Below are positions 8,814-19,918 of a stretch of 64,000 bases of DNA, one piece after another. Source of the stretch: Candidatus Omnitrophota bacterium. GTDB lineage: Bacteria; Omnitrophota; Gorgyraeia; B26-G9. A program made the position numbers and the translations under genes. Location of the stretch: NCBI GenBank assembly GCA_043805415.1, contig JAZDHZ010000033.1:25600-89599 (forward strand), in the 5' to 3' direction. The notes beneath the pieces were generated by a model. The model did no database searches. It worked only from the letters and a program-made list of their open reading frames with translations, and was not told the origin of the DNA. Within the stretch, counting starts at the first letter, position 1. The number at the start of each line of letters is the position of its first letter.

Positions 8814-9590
8814 ATGTTTCTTTTTAAAAAAATACTAGCTCCTTTTTTATTTCCTGTGCCATTGACTGTTTTGTGTCTTACCGCGGGCATATTATTACTA
8901 TGGTTTTCAAAAAAGCAGAAAGCAGGGAAGATTCTTATAACAGTTGGGATAATATTGCTTGTTCTGAGCAGTTTTAAAGTCACAGCAGAGGCAATGCTTA
9001 GACCAATCGAATATAAGCAGGCTGCTTTTTTAAGCGGAACTAAATATAATAAAAATCAAAGCAAGCCAGCTTTTGTAGTTGTTCTTGGGGGAGGGCATAT
9101 TTCCAATAATGAACTACCGCTGTTAAGTCAAATTGGAAGCGCGTCTTTAGCGCGCTTAATCGAAGGCATCCGCATCCAACGTGAAATTAAAGGCAGCAAA
9201 TTATTGCTTTCAGGCGGTAAAGTATTTGATCCGATTTCTAATGCGGAAATTATGACTGAAATTGCTAAAGCAATCGGTGTGAAGAAAGAAGATATTATTG
9301 TCGAAGATAGTTCCTTAGATACAAAAGATCAGGCAAGGCTCATAAAAGCAATAGTTGGGGATAAAATGTTTGTTTTAGTTACCTCAGCTTCTCATATGCC
9401 AAGGTCAATGGCTTTGTTTAAAAAAGCAGGGATGCATCCTATCCCAGCTTCAACCGGGCATTTGGTTGTTAAGCCTAATGTATTAAGTCCAGGTGTGTTT
9501 TTCCCATCAGCAGGTAATATTGAAAAAACTGAAATAGCGGTTTATGAAACACTCGGACTTATCTGGGCAAAATTAAGAGGACAGATATAG
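8814..9590 (+). CDS. elyC: ElyC/YdcF (DUF218) envelope biogenesis protein
   Basis: N-terminal TM segments, VVLGGG, LSGG, LVTSASHMPRS. Confidence 0.8.
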   Translation: MFLFKKILAPFLFPVPLTVLCLTAGILLLWFSKKQKAGKILITVGIILLVLSSFKVTAEAMLRPIEYKQAAFLSGTKYNKNQSKPAFVVVLGGGHISNNELPLLSQIGSASLARLIEGIRIQREIKGSKLLLSGGKVFDPISNAEIMTEIAKAIGVKKEDIIVEDSSLDTKDQARLIKAIVGDKMFVLVTSASHMPRSMALFKKAGMHPIPASTGHLVVKPNVLSPGVFFPSAGNIEKTEIAVYETLGLIWAKLRGQI

Positions 9591-9631
9591 ATTTTAAATT
9601 TATTTAATTAAAAAAAATTAGGGGAACTAAT

Positions 9632-10642
9632 ATGAATCAAAATAGCCAGGATTACGAAGATGGGGAGATTGATCTAATCCAGTACATCAGAATTATTTTT
9701 AAGCATAAAAATACTTTTCTTGTAATATTCTTGCTAACTCTTGCTTTTGGCTTGACTAAAAGTATGCTTTCTCCAAAGATATACAGAAGTTCAATGTTGA
9801 TACAACCGCCGGCTGTTGGGATGTCTTTGACTGGGGCTAATGATATTGATTCCGCGGAAAACTTAAAAGCATTGATTGTAAATAAGGCTTTTAATGAAGA
9901 AGTTTACAAAAGATTGAAATTATATCCCATAAAGGATGCAGTTGAATTCAAGGTTGACATCCCGAAGAAAACTAATATTTTACAAGTTAGCATTGATTTG
10001 GAACGTAAGAATAAGGAATCGGGTATGGTTTTGTTACAAAATTTGAATGCTGTAATCGCTGAGAGCTATGCTAAGCGTATCGAGGCTGAATATGCTGATA
10101 TTGCTAGTCAGACAGAATTCAAAAAGCGTGCGATAATAAACACTGAAAATAAGGCAAAAAATTTTCAAGAACAGATAAAGGAAATAATAGCCAGAAAAAA
10201 TAAGCTAAATGAGGAGATGAAATCTGTAAACGCGAACGCATCGCAGACATTAGAGAAGCTTAAAAAATTACCAACAGGTGATAAATCTTCAGAAAGCGCA
10301 TCAATGTTGTTGCTTTCAAACTATCTTCAGAATAATGCTAACTATCTAAACCAGTTAAATAAAGAATTAAGCGCATTAACCATTCGATTGCATCGACTGA
10401 ATATGAAACTGCAAATCACTACTTCTCAAATAAGTGATTCGCGATTGGAGATAGATAACCTTAATATAAAAAATAATTTCATTTCAAATTTAAAAACTAT
10501 TGCCCAGCCGAGAGTTTCAGAAAAACCCATAAACTCTATTGGAAAGCAAACTGTAGTGACATTAATAGCGCTGGGTCTATTTTTAGGATTAATCGCGGTA
10601 TTTTTACAGGAATTCTGGCTGAATAATATGGTGAAAAAATGA
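9632..10642 (+). CDS. wzz: Wzz-type chain-length determinant / polysaccharide co-polymerase
   Basis: EIDL + TM segment, central coiled coil, Pro motif + C-terminal TM. Confidence 0.8.
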   Translation: MNQNSQDYEDGEIDLIQYIRIIFKHKNTFLVIFLLTLAFGLTKSMLSPKIYRSSMLIQPPAVGMSLTGANDIDSAENLKALIVNKAFNEEVYKRLKLYPIKDAVEFKVDIPKKTNILQVSIDLERKNKESGMVLLQNLNAVIAESYAKRIEAEYADIASQTEFKKRAIINTENKAKNFQEQIKEIIARKNKLNEEMKSVNANASQTLEKLKKLPTGDKSSESASMLLLSNYLQNNANYLNQLNKELSALTIRLHRLNMKLQITTSQISDSRLEIDNLNIKNNFISNLKTIAQPRVSEKPINSIGKQTVVTLIALGLFLGLIAVFLQEFWLNNMVKK

Positions 10643-11685
10643 TTAAGAAAGCGCTTATAACAGGGATAACTGGGCAAGATGGTTCATATTTAGCGGAACT
10701 GCTTTTATCTAAAGGCTATGAAGTACATGGAATAATCCGTCGCGCAAGCACATTTAATACCAGCAGAATAGATCATATTTATGTTGATCCGCATTCTAAA
10801 AACCCCAGATTATTGTTGCATTATGGCGATATTTCCGACGCGGAACAAATCAATAATATTATTTTTAATGTAAAACCGGATGAAGTATATCATTTGGCTG
10901 CCCAAAGCCATGTGCGGGTGAGTTTTGATATCCCTGAATACACAGGAAATATTACGGCTTTAGGCACAACACGCATATTGGAAGCAATACGCCGCAGCGG
11001 CAGGAAAATTAAGTTTTATCAGGCTTCCAGCAGCGAAATGTTTGGCGCAGCGATTCCTCCACAATCAGAAACTACTCAGTTTCAGCCGCAAAGCCCTTAT
11101 GCTTGCGCTAAGCTTTATTCATACTGGATGACAAAAAACTATCGTGAAGGATACAAGATGTTTGCCTGTAATGGGATACTTTTTAATCATGAGAGTCCTC
11201 GTAGAGGGGAGACTTTTGTCAGCAGAAAGATTACCAGAGCAGTGGTTAATATCCTAGCTGGTAAGCAGGATAAACTTTATCTGGGGAATCTAGAAGCTAA
11301 GAGGGACTGGGGTTATGCTCCAGAATATGCAGAAATGATGTGGCAAATCCTCCAGCAAAATAAGCCGGATGATTATGTTACCGGTACAGGACAATCTAAT
11401 TCAGTAAGGGAATTAGTTGAGGCAGCTTTTAGTTATGTGGGGTTAAAGTGGAAGAAATATGTAGAAATTGATCCTCGGTATTTCCGGCCTACAGAGGTAA
11501 ACAGTCTTATTGCTGATATTAAGAAAGTAAAGAAGGTATTTAACTGGCAGCCAAAGATAAAATTCAATGATTTAGTAAAGATAATGATTGATGCTGATAT
11601 GAGAGCTTGCGGTTTAGAGCCAATAGGCGAAGGTGATAAAATACTTAAGAAAAAATTTCCCCACAAATGGTGGAAGGTAGACTGA
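10639..11685 (+). CDS. gmd: GDP-mannose 4,6-dehydratase
   Basis: [38 protein letters not shown]. Confidence 0.95.
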   Translation: MIKKALITGITGQDGSYLAELLLSKGYEVHGIIRRASTFNTSRIDHIYVDPHSKNPRLLLHYGDISDAEQINNIIFNVKPDEVYHLAAQSHVRVSFDIPEYTGNITALGTTRILEAIRRSGRKIKFYQASSSEMFGAAIPPQSETTQFQPQSPYACAKLYSYWMTKNYREGYKMFACNGILFNHESPRRGETFVSRKITRAVVNILAGKQDKLYLGNLEAKRDWGYAPEYAEMMWQILQQNKPDDYVTGTGQSNSVRELVEAAFSYVGLKWKKYVEIDPRYFRPTEVNSLIADIKKVKKVFNWQPKIKFNDLVKIMIDADMRACGLEPIGEGDKILKKKFPHKWWKVD

Positions 11686-11719
11686 GATACAAAGCGCTAT
11701 GCTAACACAAAGGATTTAA

Positions 11720-12655
<936 letters not shown>

Positions 12656-12673
12656 TAATTTAAAGGAGCGGTT

Positions 12674-13447
12674 ATGAAAGTAGTGATTTTATGCGGAGGA
12701 ATGGGGACGCGCTTAAGCGAAGAGACAAGTACAATTCCAAAGCCGATGATTGAAATCGGAGGCAAACCAATACTCTGGCATATTATGAAAATATTTTCTC
12801 ACTATGGATTTAATGATTTTATTATTTGCTTAGGATATCGAGGTTATTTAATCAAAGAATATTTCTCACATTATTTGCTGCATATGAGTGATGTGACAAT
12901 TGATATGGTGGATAATAAGATGGATATACATAGTACTACTTCTGAACCATGGAAAGTTACTTTGGTTGATACAGGCATTAATACGATGACCGGAGGACGT
13001 ATTAAAAAAATCCAGAAATATATTGGAAAAGAACCGTTTATGTTGACATATGGGGATGGAGTGGCGGATATTGATATTAATAAATTAATCAAAACGCATA
13101 AGAGGAATAAGAAGCTGGCGACATTAACCGGAGTTTTGACTGCCGGAAGATTTGGAATTTTGGATATTCAAAAAGATTCGGTTAAGTCTTTTATGGAAAA
13201 ACCAAAGGGCGAAGGTAATCGAATTAATGCTGGTTTTTTCGTTTTGGAACCTGAAATATTTAAGTATCTTAAAAAAGGGGACGCGACAATATGGGAGAGA
13301 GACCCATTGCGTAAATTAGCTGCAGATGGCAAACTCGCGGTTTATAAACATAATGGTTTTTGGAAGTGTATGGATACATTGAGAGATAAAATAGATTTAG
13401 AAAATATGATTGAGTCTGAATATGCTCCTTGGCAGATATGGAAATAG
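12674..13447 (+). CDS. rfbF: Glucose-1-phosphate cytidylyltransferase
   Basis: LCGGMGTRL, PKPMIEIGG, TGGRIK, TYGDGV, FWKCMDTLRD. Confidence 0.93.
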   Translation: MKVVILCGGMGTRLSEETSTIPKPMIEIGGKPILWHIMKIFSHYGFNDFIICLGYRGYLIKEYFSHYLLHMSDVTIDMVDNKMDIHSTTSEPWKVTLVDTGINTMTGGRIKKIQKYIGKEPFMLTYGDGVADIDINKLIKTHKRNKKLATLTGVLTAGRFGILDIQKDSVKSFMEKPKGEGNRINAGFFVLEPEIFKYLKKGDATIWERDPLRKLAADGKLAVYKHNGFWKCMDTLRDKIDLENMIESEYAPWQIWK

Positions 13448-13460
13448 GGAAGAACTTATT

Positions 13461-14432
13461 ATGAATAAAAAATTTTGGAAAAATAAAAGAGTATTAATAA
13501 CCGGACATGTTGGATTTTTAGGTTCCTGGTTAACTAATACACTGCTTAATCTGGGAGCTGAAATAATTGGGGTTGATATCCTTAAAACTCGTAATGGGTC
13601 TGTTTTAGCTGCTCAAAGTAAGAATCTTAAGGGAATCAAAGCAGATGTCGCGAATTTAAAATCTCTGACAAAGATAGTTTCTAATTATAATCCGCAGATC
13701 ATTTTTCACTTAGCAGCTGAAGCAATAGTATATAAAGCGAATAAAGACCCGGTAAGAGCATTTAAGTCAAACATTGAAGGTACCTGGAATATCCTAGAAA
13801 TCGCGCGAAAAAGAAAGTCAATTAAAGCTATTGTAATGGCATCAAGTGATAAGGCATATGGCAGTCATGAGGTTTTGCCTTATACGGAAGATGCAGCTTT
13901 AAAAGGTGATCATCCTTATGATGTGTCTAAAAGTTGTGCGGATCTTATTGGCTATACCTATGCTCATACTTATTCGGTACCTGTAGCCACAACTCGTTGT
14001 GGAAATATCTATGGCCCTGGAGACAATAATTTTTCCCGCATAGTCCCGGATGCGATTAGATGTGCGTTGGCTAATAAAAAACTTCTTATCCGCAGTGATG
14101 GAAAATTTACCAGGGATTATGTTTTTGTCGATGACATTGTTAATGGGTATATCCTTGTTGCGGAAAAGTTATCTAGTTTAAAGTTAGGAGGAGAGGCATT
14201 TAATTTTAGCGATGAAAACCCTATAACTGTATTAAAGTTAGTTGATAAAATATATGAACTTGCCGGGAAAAAACCTGATTATATAATACAGAATAAAGCC
14301 AAATATGAAATTAAACATCAATATTTGGATTCCCAAAAGGCCAGAAAAGTGTTGTGCTGGAAAGCAAACTATTCACTGGAACAAGGGTTGAGGCAGACTA
14401 TTGATTGGTATAGTGAATTTTTGAATAAATAA
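13461..14432 (+). CDS. rfbG: CDP-glucose 4,6-dehydratase-like NAD-dependent dehydratase
   Basis: FWKNKRVLITGHVGFLGSWL, SSDKAY, PYDVSK, RCGNIYGPGD; follows rfbF. Confidence 0.75.
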   Translation: MNKKFWKNKRVLITGHVGFLGSWLTNTLLNLGAEIIGVDILKTRNGSVLAAQSKNLKGIKADVANLKSLTKIVSNYNPQIIFHLAAEAIVYKANKDPVRAFKSNIEGTWNILEIARKRKSIKAIVMASSDKAYGSHEVLPYTEDAALKGDHPYDVSKSCADLIGYTYAHTYSVPVATTRCGNIYGPGDNNFSRIVPDAIRCALANKKLLIRSDGKFTRDYVFVDDIVNGYILVAEKLSSLKLGGEAFNFSDENPITVLKLVDKIYELAGKKPDYIIQNKAKYEIKHQYLDSQKARKVLCWKANYSLEQGLRQTIDWYSEFLNK

Positions 14433-14447
14433 AACTTAGAGGATTTG

Positions 14448-15329
14448 ATGAGGAAAATCAAGGTAGGCATTATTGGGACAGGCAATATTGGTAGCGATTT
14501 GCTGATGAAAATAATGCGGTCAAATATTTTAGAATGTGGGATGTTTACTGGCAGAAATCCAGGATCTGAAGGTGTAAAAAGAGCAAAGAGTTTAGGAGTC
14601 AGGGTATCATCCGATTCTGTAAAGGCTATAGAAGATGATCCTGATTGCTGTGAGATTGTATTTGATGCTACTTCAGCAAAAGTACATTTGCATAATGCGC
14701 TTATTCTTGAGAAGTTGGGAAAATATACCATTGATCTAACCCCTTCACAGGTAGGGAAAATGTGTGTGCCTGTAATTAATATGGCAGAATGCCTGGATGT
14801 CAAAAATGTTAATCTCATAACTTGCGGCGGGCAAAGTGTAATACCGATAGCATATGCGATTATGAAGGTGCATCCTGAAACAGAATATATAGAGATTGTT
14901 GCTAGCATATCTTCTAAATCCGCCGGCCCAGGGACAAGAGCTAATATTGATGAGTTTACACAAACCACTCGTGATTCTATATTGTCATTTACCGGGGTGC
15001 CAAAGGCAAAAGCGATTATAGTATTAAATCCCGCTGAGCCGCCAGTTTTAATGCATAATACTATCTATGCGACTATAAAAGAACCTAAGATAGACCAGCT
15101 AAATTTTGAGATTAAAGCAATGGTTAAAAAAATTCAACAGTATGTTCCGGGATACAGATTAAAGCTTGGTCCGTTAGTAGAGAATAACCGAGTTGCTACA
15201 ATGATAGAAGTCGTGGGATTGGGAGATTATTTACCGGAATATTCTGGTAATCTGGATATTATTACCTGTGCAGCGGTAAAGATTGCTGAAGAATATGCAA
15301 AAAGCCGTCTAATAAAACAAAAGAAATAA
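14448..15329 (+). CDS. dmpF: Acylating acetaldehyde dehydrogenase (DmpF/MhpF family)
   Basis: GTGNIGSDL, FDATSA, NVNLITCGGQ, SAGPGTRANIDEF, GNLDIIT. Confidence 0.9.
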   Translation: MRKIKVGIIGTGNIGSDLLMKIMRSNILECGMFTGRNPGSEGVKRAKSLGVRVSSDSVKAIEDDPDCCEIVFDATSAKVHLHNALILEKLGKYTIDLTPSQVGKMCVPVINMAECLDVKNVNLITCGGQSVIPIAYAIMKVHPETEYIEIVASISSKSAGPGTRANIDEFTQTTRDSILSFTGVPKAKAIIVLNPAEPPVLMHNTIYATIKEPKIDQLNFEIKAMVKKIQQYVPGYRLKLGPLVENNRVATMIEVVGLGDYLPEYSGNLDIITCAAVKIAEEYAKSRLIKQKK

Positions 15330-15334
15330 AAATT

Positions 15335-16372
15335 ATGAATAAGATATTATTTTTTGATTCAACTCTTCGCGATGGTTCTCACGCAGTAGCGCATCAACTT
15401 ACTGGTGAAAACATTAAAAACTATTGCAATGAAATAGACAGCGCTGGAACATATACGGCGATTGTCGGTCACGGAAATGGACTAGGAGCTTCGTCTTTAC
15501 AGGTCGGGTTGTCTGCTTTAACCGACCGTGAAATGTTGTCTATAGCGCGGAATCAAATTAAAAAAACTCGGTTGGGAGTTTTCCTGATTCCGGGGTTTGG
15601 GACGATTAAGGATGATCTGGCTCCAGCACTTAAAATTGGTGTTGATCTTGTTTGTGTGGCTTCACATTGTACGGAAGCGGATGTAACAAGGCAACATATT
15701 GAATATGTTCGGAGCAAAGGTAAGGAAGCCTTCGGAGTCTTGATGATGCAGCACATGACGACAAAAGAGCGCTTACTTGAAGAAGCTTTAAAAATGCAGG
15801 AATACGGGGCTTTAGGAGTAATTTTAATGGATTCAGCAGGAGCCTCTATGCCAAATTCAGTTACGGAGAATGTCGAGACCTTGGTCAGAGGAATGAATAT
15901 TAAAGTAGGTTTTCATGCTCATAACAATCTGGGGATGGCTATTGCGAATTCTTTTGCGGCGATAAAAGCCGGAGCAACAATTATTGATGGTACTTTGCGT
16001 GGTTTTGGGGCTGGCGCGGGAAATTGTCAGTTGGAAGTTCTTGCGGGTTGTTTACATAAAGCAGGTATTGAAACGGGACTTGACTTATATAAATTGATGG
16101 ATGTTAGTGAGAATATTGTTGCTGGAATGATGAAAAGACCTCAGGAAATTAGTTCCTTAGGTTTAATTAGCGGTTTAGCTGGGGTTTTTTCCGGGTTTTC
16201 GACAAAGGTTAAAATTGCCGCAGAAAGATTTGGAGTTGATCCACGGGATATATTTATGGAGTTGGGTAAACGCAAAGTTGTTGGAGGACAGGAAGATTTT
16301 ATAACTGATGTTGCTATGGAACTTGCGGAACAAAAGAACGAAAAAGCTAAAAACCAGGATTTGTCTTTTTAA
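15335..16372 (+). CDS. dmpG: 4-hydroxy-2-oxovalerate aldolase (DmpG/MhpE family)
   Basis: DSTLRDGSH, HGNGLG, HCTEAD, HAHNN, GAGAGN, VGGQED. Confidence 0.9.
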   Translation: MNKILFFDSTLRDGSHAVAHQLTGENIKNYCNEIDSAGTYTAIVGHGNGLGASSLQVGLSALTDREMLSIARNQIKKTRLGVFLIPGFGTIKDDLAPALKIGVDLVCVASHCTEADVTRQHIEYVRSKGKEAFGVLMMQHMTTKERLLEEALKMQEYGALGVILMDSAGASMPNSVTENVETLVRGMNIKVGFHAHNNLGMAIANSFAAIKAGATIIDGTLRGFGAGAGNCQLEVLAGCLHKAGIETGLDLYKLMDVSENIVAGMMKRPQEISSLGLISGLAGVFSGFSTKVKIAAERFGVDPRDIFMELGKRKVVGGQEDFITDVAMELAEQKNEKAKNQDLSF

Positions 16373-16393
16373 AATATTCACTGGAGGATTAAA

Positions 16394-17140
16394 ATGATCA
16401 AAGAACAAATGCGAAATGGAAAATTTGTTTTGGGAACTTGGTGTGAGTTACCGAGCCCGGCAGCGATCAATGTTATGGCTAAGGCGGGACTTGATTTTGT
16501 GATCATTGATATGGAACACAGTGTTATGGACTTTAAGACAGCGCAGGAAATGGTATTAGCCGCGGAAGCTGATGGTTGTGATGCGATTATTAGGGTGTGT
16601 CGTAATGATGAATCGGATATTTTAAGAGCATTGGATACTGGTGCGGCTGGGATTATTGTTCCGCATATAGAAAATGTTGAAGACAGGGAGAAGGTTGTTA
16701 GGTACAGTAAGTTTGCCCCTAAAGGTGATAGAGGGTTTAACCCATATATACGTGCCGGAGGCTATAATAGTGTAGGAGCAGATTATTTTCAATTACAGAA
16801 TGAGAAAGTTTTGGTATGTATAATAGTTGAAGGTAAAGAGGCAATGGCCAATCTTGACGAAATTATTTGTGATTCTGATATAGATGTTGTATATATCGGT
16901 ACATATGATTTATCGGTTGCTTTTGGCGTTCCAGGTGATGTGAAGAATAAAAAAGTTACCAATGCGTTAGTGAATTGCGTAGAGAAAATCATTAAGGCTG
17001 GAAAAAGTGCTGGGTGCATGGTTCATAATGCAGATGATCTTAGGTGGTTTAAACAGATAGGAATTCAGTTTATTGCGTACAAGGCTGATACGGCAATAAT
17101 ATTTGATGCCTTTAGCAGTATGAAAAAGGAGATAAGTTAG
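16394..17140 (+). CDS. HpcH/HpaI-family class II pyruvate aldolase
   Basis: IDMEH, LDTGA, PKGDRG, YIGTYDLS. Confidence 0.85.
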   Translation: MIKEQMRNGKFVLGTWCELPSPAAINVMAKAGLDFVIIDMEHSVMDFKTAQEMVLAAEADGCDAIIRVCRNDESDILRALDTGAAGIIVPHIENVEDREKVVRYSKFAPKGDRGFNPYIRAGGYNSVGADYFQLQNEKVLVCIIVEGKEAMANLDEIICDSDIDVVYIGTYDLSVAFGVPGDVKNKKVTNALVNCVEKIIKAGKSAGCMVHNADDLRWFKQIGIQFIAYKADTAIIFDAFSSMKKEIS

Positions 17141-18951
17141 TGATAAAATTATCAGATTATATTGTTAAGTTTCTTGAGAAAAATTCAGTAAACCGTATTT
17201 TTATGCTTACTGGCGGCGGTTGTATGCATTTGGTTAATTCTATAGGTAACTCTAAAAAAATTAAATATATTTGTTGTCATCATGAGCAGTCTTGTGCTAT
17301 GGCTGCAGAGGCATTTGCTAAATTCAAAAATGATCTGGGGGTGGTGGTGGTTACCAGCGGGCCAGGAGGGACGAATACTATTACTGGCGTAGCTGGTGCT
17401 TATCAGGATTCTGTACCCTGCATTTTTATTTCTGGACAGTCTAAGCGGCAACAAACAGTTAGGAATTCAAAAATTAAATTAAGACAGTTTGGGGTGCAGG
17501 AAGTCGATATAATTCCAATAGTTGAATCGATAACAAAATATGCGGTTATGGTAAATGAATCTAAAAAAGTAAAATATCATCTTGAAAAGGCTTTGTATTT
17601 GGCAAAATCAGGAAGACCTGGGCCAGTATGGCTAGATATTCCTTTGGATGTGCAGAGCTCTCTTATAGACGAAAATGAACTAATTAGCTTTGATCCCAGT
17701 GAGCTTGAAGAAGATTTTAAAATAGAGCCATTAGCAGATGAAGTTTCCAGGATGGTAAATTATTTAAAGACAGCACAGCGTCCGGTAATTATTGCTGGGC
17801 GCGGAATAAGAATAGCAGGCGCAGTAAAAGAACTGGTTAGTTTTGCTAGAAAATATAAAATTCCGGTTGTTACCCCGATTATGGGTATAGATGTCATCTC
17901 GAGCGATGATAAAAACTATATTGGCCGAGTGGGAACAAAAGGGACCCGCGCAGGAAATTTTGCTATGCAAAATGCCGATTTAATATTGAGTATCGGTAGC
18001 CGTTTAAGCGTATCGGTGGTGGGACACGAATATAAATTATTTGCCCGCGAAGCAAAGGTTGTGGTGGTTGATATTGATACCGTAGAACATAGAAAGAAAA
18101 CTATAAACATTTTCGATTTCATCAATTCTGACGCGAAAAAATTTTTGGAAAAACTTGCGAGCGCATTGAAAAATGAAAAACTTGTATTTTCAGATAATTG
18201 GCTAAGGAAATGCAATGAGTGGAAACATAAATATCCAGTGTGCTTGCCGGAGTATAAGAAAACCAAGAAAAATATTAATTTTTATAATTTTATGGATAAG
18301 CTGAATAAAAAGCTAACTGCGGATATCCCCGTAATATCAGATGCCGGGTCAGCTTTCTATGTGGTGTCCCAAGCTATTCATATAAAAAGTGGACAGAGGT
18401 ATATCACATCCGGGGCTTTGGCAACAATGGGATTCGGTCTGCCGGCAGCTATTGGAGTAGCCGCGGCTCTAAAAAAAGATACCCCGGTGGTAACTATAAC
18501 CGGCGAGGGGTCATTTCAGCTGAATATCCAAGAGTTGCAGACAATTGTTCACAATAAGTTTCCAATAAAAATTTTTGTGATAAATAATAAAGGATATTTA
18601 TCGATACGTCAGACTCAGAAGAGGTTTTTTAACGGAAATCTTGTTGGTGAAGGACAGACATCAGGTTTATCTTTTCCTGATACAAAAAAAATTGCCGCGG
18701 CTTACAATGTTAAGTTTGTAAAAGTGGAAAATAATGAAAAACTCGTAAAAGCCTTAGATGAGGTGTTTGCTCATGAAGGGCCTGTTTTATGTGAGATTTG
18801 CGCTTTGGAAGACCAGTTGATCATTCCGACAAATAGCGCGGCGATTAGGGCTGACGGGTCAATGGTTTCAAAACCATTGGAAGATATGTTCCCTTTTTTA
18901 GATCGCAAGGAGTTCTTGGCTAATATGATTGTTACTCCCTGTGAGGAATAG
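17140..18951 (+). CDS. ThDP-dependent carboligase (acetolactate synthase-like, YerE-type)
   Basis: HHEQ, TSGPGGTN, RPGPVWLDIP, MGFGLPAAIG, GEGS...NN ThDP motif. Confidence 0.85.
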   Translation: MIKLSDYIVKFLEKNSVNRIFMLTGGGCMHLVNSIGNSKKIKYICCHHEQSCAMAAEAFAKFKNDLGVVVVTSGPGGTNTITGVAGAYQDSVPCIFISGQSKRQQTVRNSKIKLRQFGVQEVDIIPIVESITKYAVMVNESKKVKYHLEKALYLAKSGRPGPVWLDIPLDVQSSLIDENELISFDPSELEEDFKIEPLADEVSRMVNYLKTAQRPVIIAGRGIRIAGAVKELVSFARKYKIPVVTPIMGIDVISSDDKNYIGRVGTKGTRAGNFAMQNADLILSIGSRLSVSVVGHEYKLFAREAKVVVVDIDTVEHRKKTINIFDFINSDAKKFLEKLASALKNEKLVFSDNWLRKCNEWKHKYPVCLPEYKKTKKNINFYNFMDKLNKKLTADIPVISDAGSAFYVVSQAIHIKSGQRYITSGALATMGFGLPAAIGVAAALKKDTPVVTITGEGSFQLNIQELQTIVHNKFPIKIFVINNKGYLSIRQTQKRFFNGNLVGEGQTSGLSFPDTKKIAAAYNVKFVKVENNEKLVKALDEVFAHEGPVLCEICALEDQLIIPTNSAAIRADGSMVSKPLEDMFPFLDRKEFLANMIVTPCEE

Positions 18952-18959
18952 GTGAAGAT

Positions 18960-19916
18960 ATGATTCATGCAAGAAAAAAGTTAGCAAAAAAGCGTATTTT
19001 TATTACTGGTGCCAAAGGTTTCGTGGGCAGAAATCTTGAGGAATATCTTAAGAAACAAAATAACTATGAATTGTTTTGTCCTTCACATAGTGAGTTGGAA
19101 TTGCTGGATCCAGAGCAAGTAGAACAATATATAATTTCTAATAAAATAGAGGTGATTATTCATTCGGCTAATCGGGGAGGTTCGCGTAAAGAAGGATATA
19201 ATAATATCGGCACTGATGTATTTTATAAAAATGTGCGCATGTTTTTTAATTTAGCGCGGACTGTTAAAAAAGGAATTAAAATGCTCCATCTGGGTAGCGG
19301 TGCTGAGTTTGATCGGCGAAATTATATTCCGAAGATGAGAGAAGATTATTTTGATACCTTTGTGCCTGAGGATGATTATGGGTTCTCAAAATATGTTTGT
19401 AATAAATTTATAATGAATACAACGGATTCTGTAATAAATTTACGTCTTTTTGCCAATTTTGGAAAATATGAAGATTATGAGTTCAGATTTATTTCAAACT
19501 CAATATTAAAAAATTTGCTGGGGCTTCCAATTACTATCCGTCAGAATGTTAAATTTGAATTTTTATACGTAAATGATTTAGTCAGGATAATAGAGTATTT
19601 TATCAATAATTATGCTAAGTATAAAGCCTATAATATCGCGACGGGAAAACCAGTTGATTTAGTTTCGATTGCGGAGAAGATTAATAAAACATCTAAAAAC
19701 CCTACAGAAGTAATTGTATGCAATCCCGGATTGAATAATGAATATACCGCTGATAATACACGATTGATGGAAGAATTAAAAGATTTCAAGTTCACTCCTA
19801 TTGAAAAGTCGATACGGCAGCTGTATGAGTGGTATAAGGATAATTTAAATTCTCTGAATATAGATAGTGTTATAAAAGATAAATATATTAACGCTTGCCG
19901 GGTTAGGAAAGAATAG
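18960..19916 (+). CDS. NAD-dependent epimerase/reductase (YerF-like by context)
   Basis: TGAKGFVG, GSGAEF, YGFSK. Confidence 0.8.
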   Translation: MIHARKKLAKKRIFITGAKGFVGRNLEEYLKKQNNYELFCPSHSELELLDPEQVEQYIISNKIEVIIHSANRGGSRKEGYNNIGTDVFYKNVRMFFNLARTVKKGIKMLHLGSGAEFDRRNYIPKMREDYFDTFVPEDDYGFSKYVCNKFIMNTTDSVINLRLFANFGKYEDYEFRFISNSILKNLLGLPITIRQNVKFEFLYVNDLVRIIEYFINNYAKYKAYNIATGKPVDLVSIAEKINKTSKNPTEVIVCNPGLNNEYTADNTRLMEELKDFKFTPIEKSIRQLYEWYKDNLNSLNIDSVIKDKYINACRVRKE

Positions 19917-19918
19917 TT

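Noticed and set aside
14369-14968. 199-aa antisense ORF and other short overlapping ORFs in the track
   Set aside because: They are shadows of well-supported genes and have no recognisable motifs.
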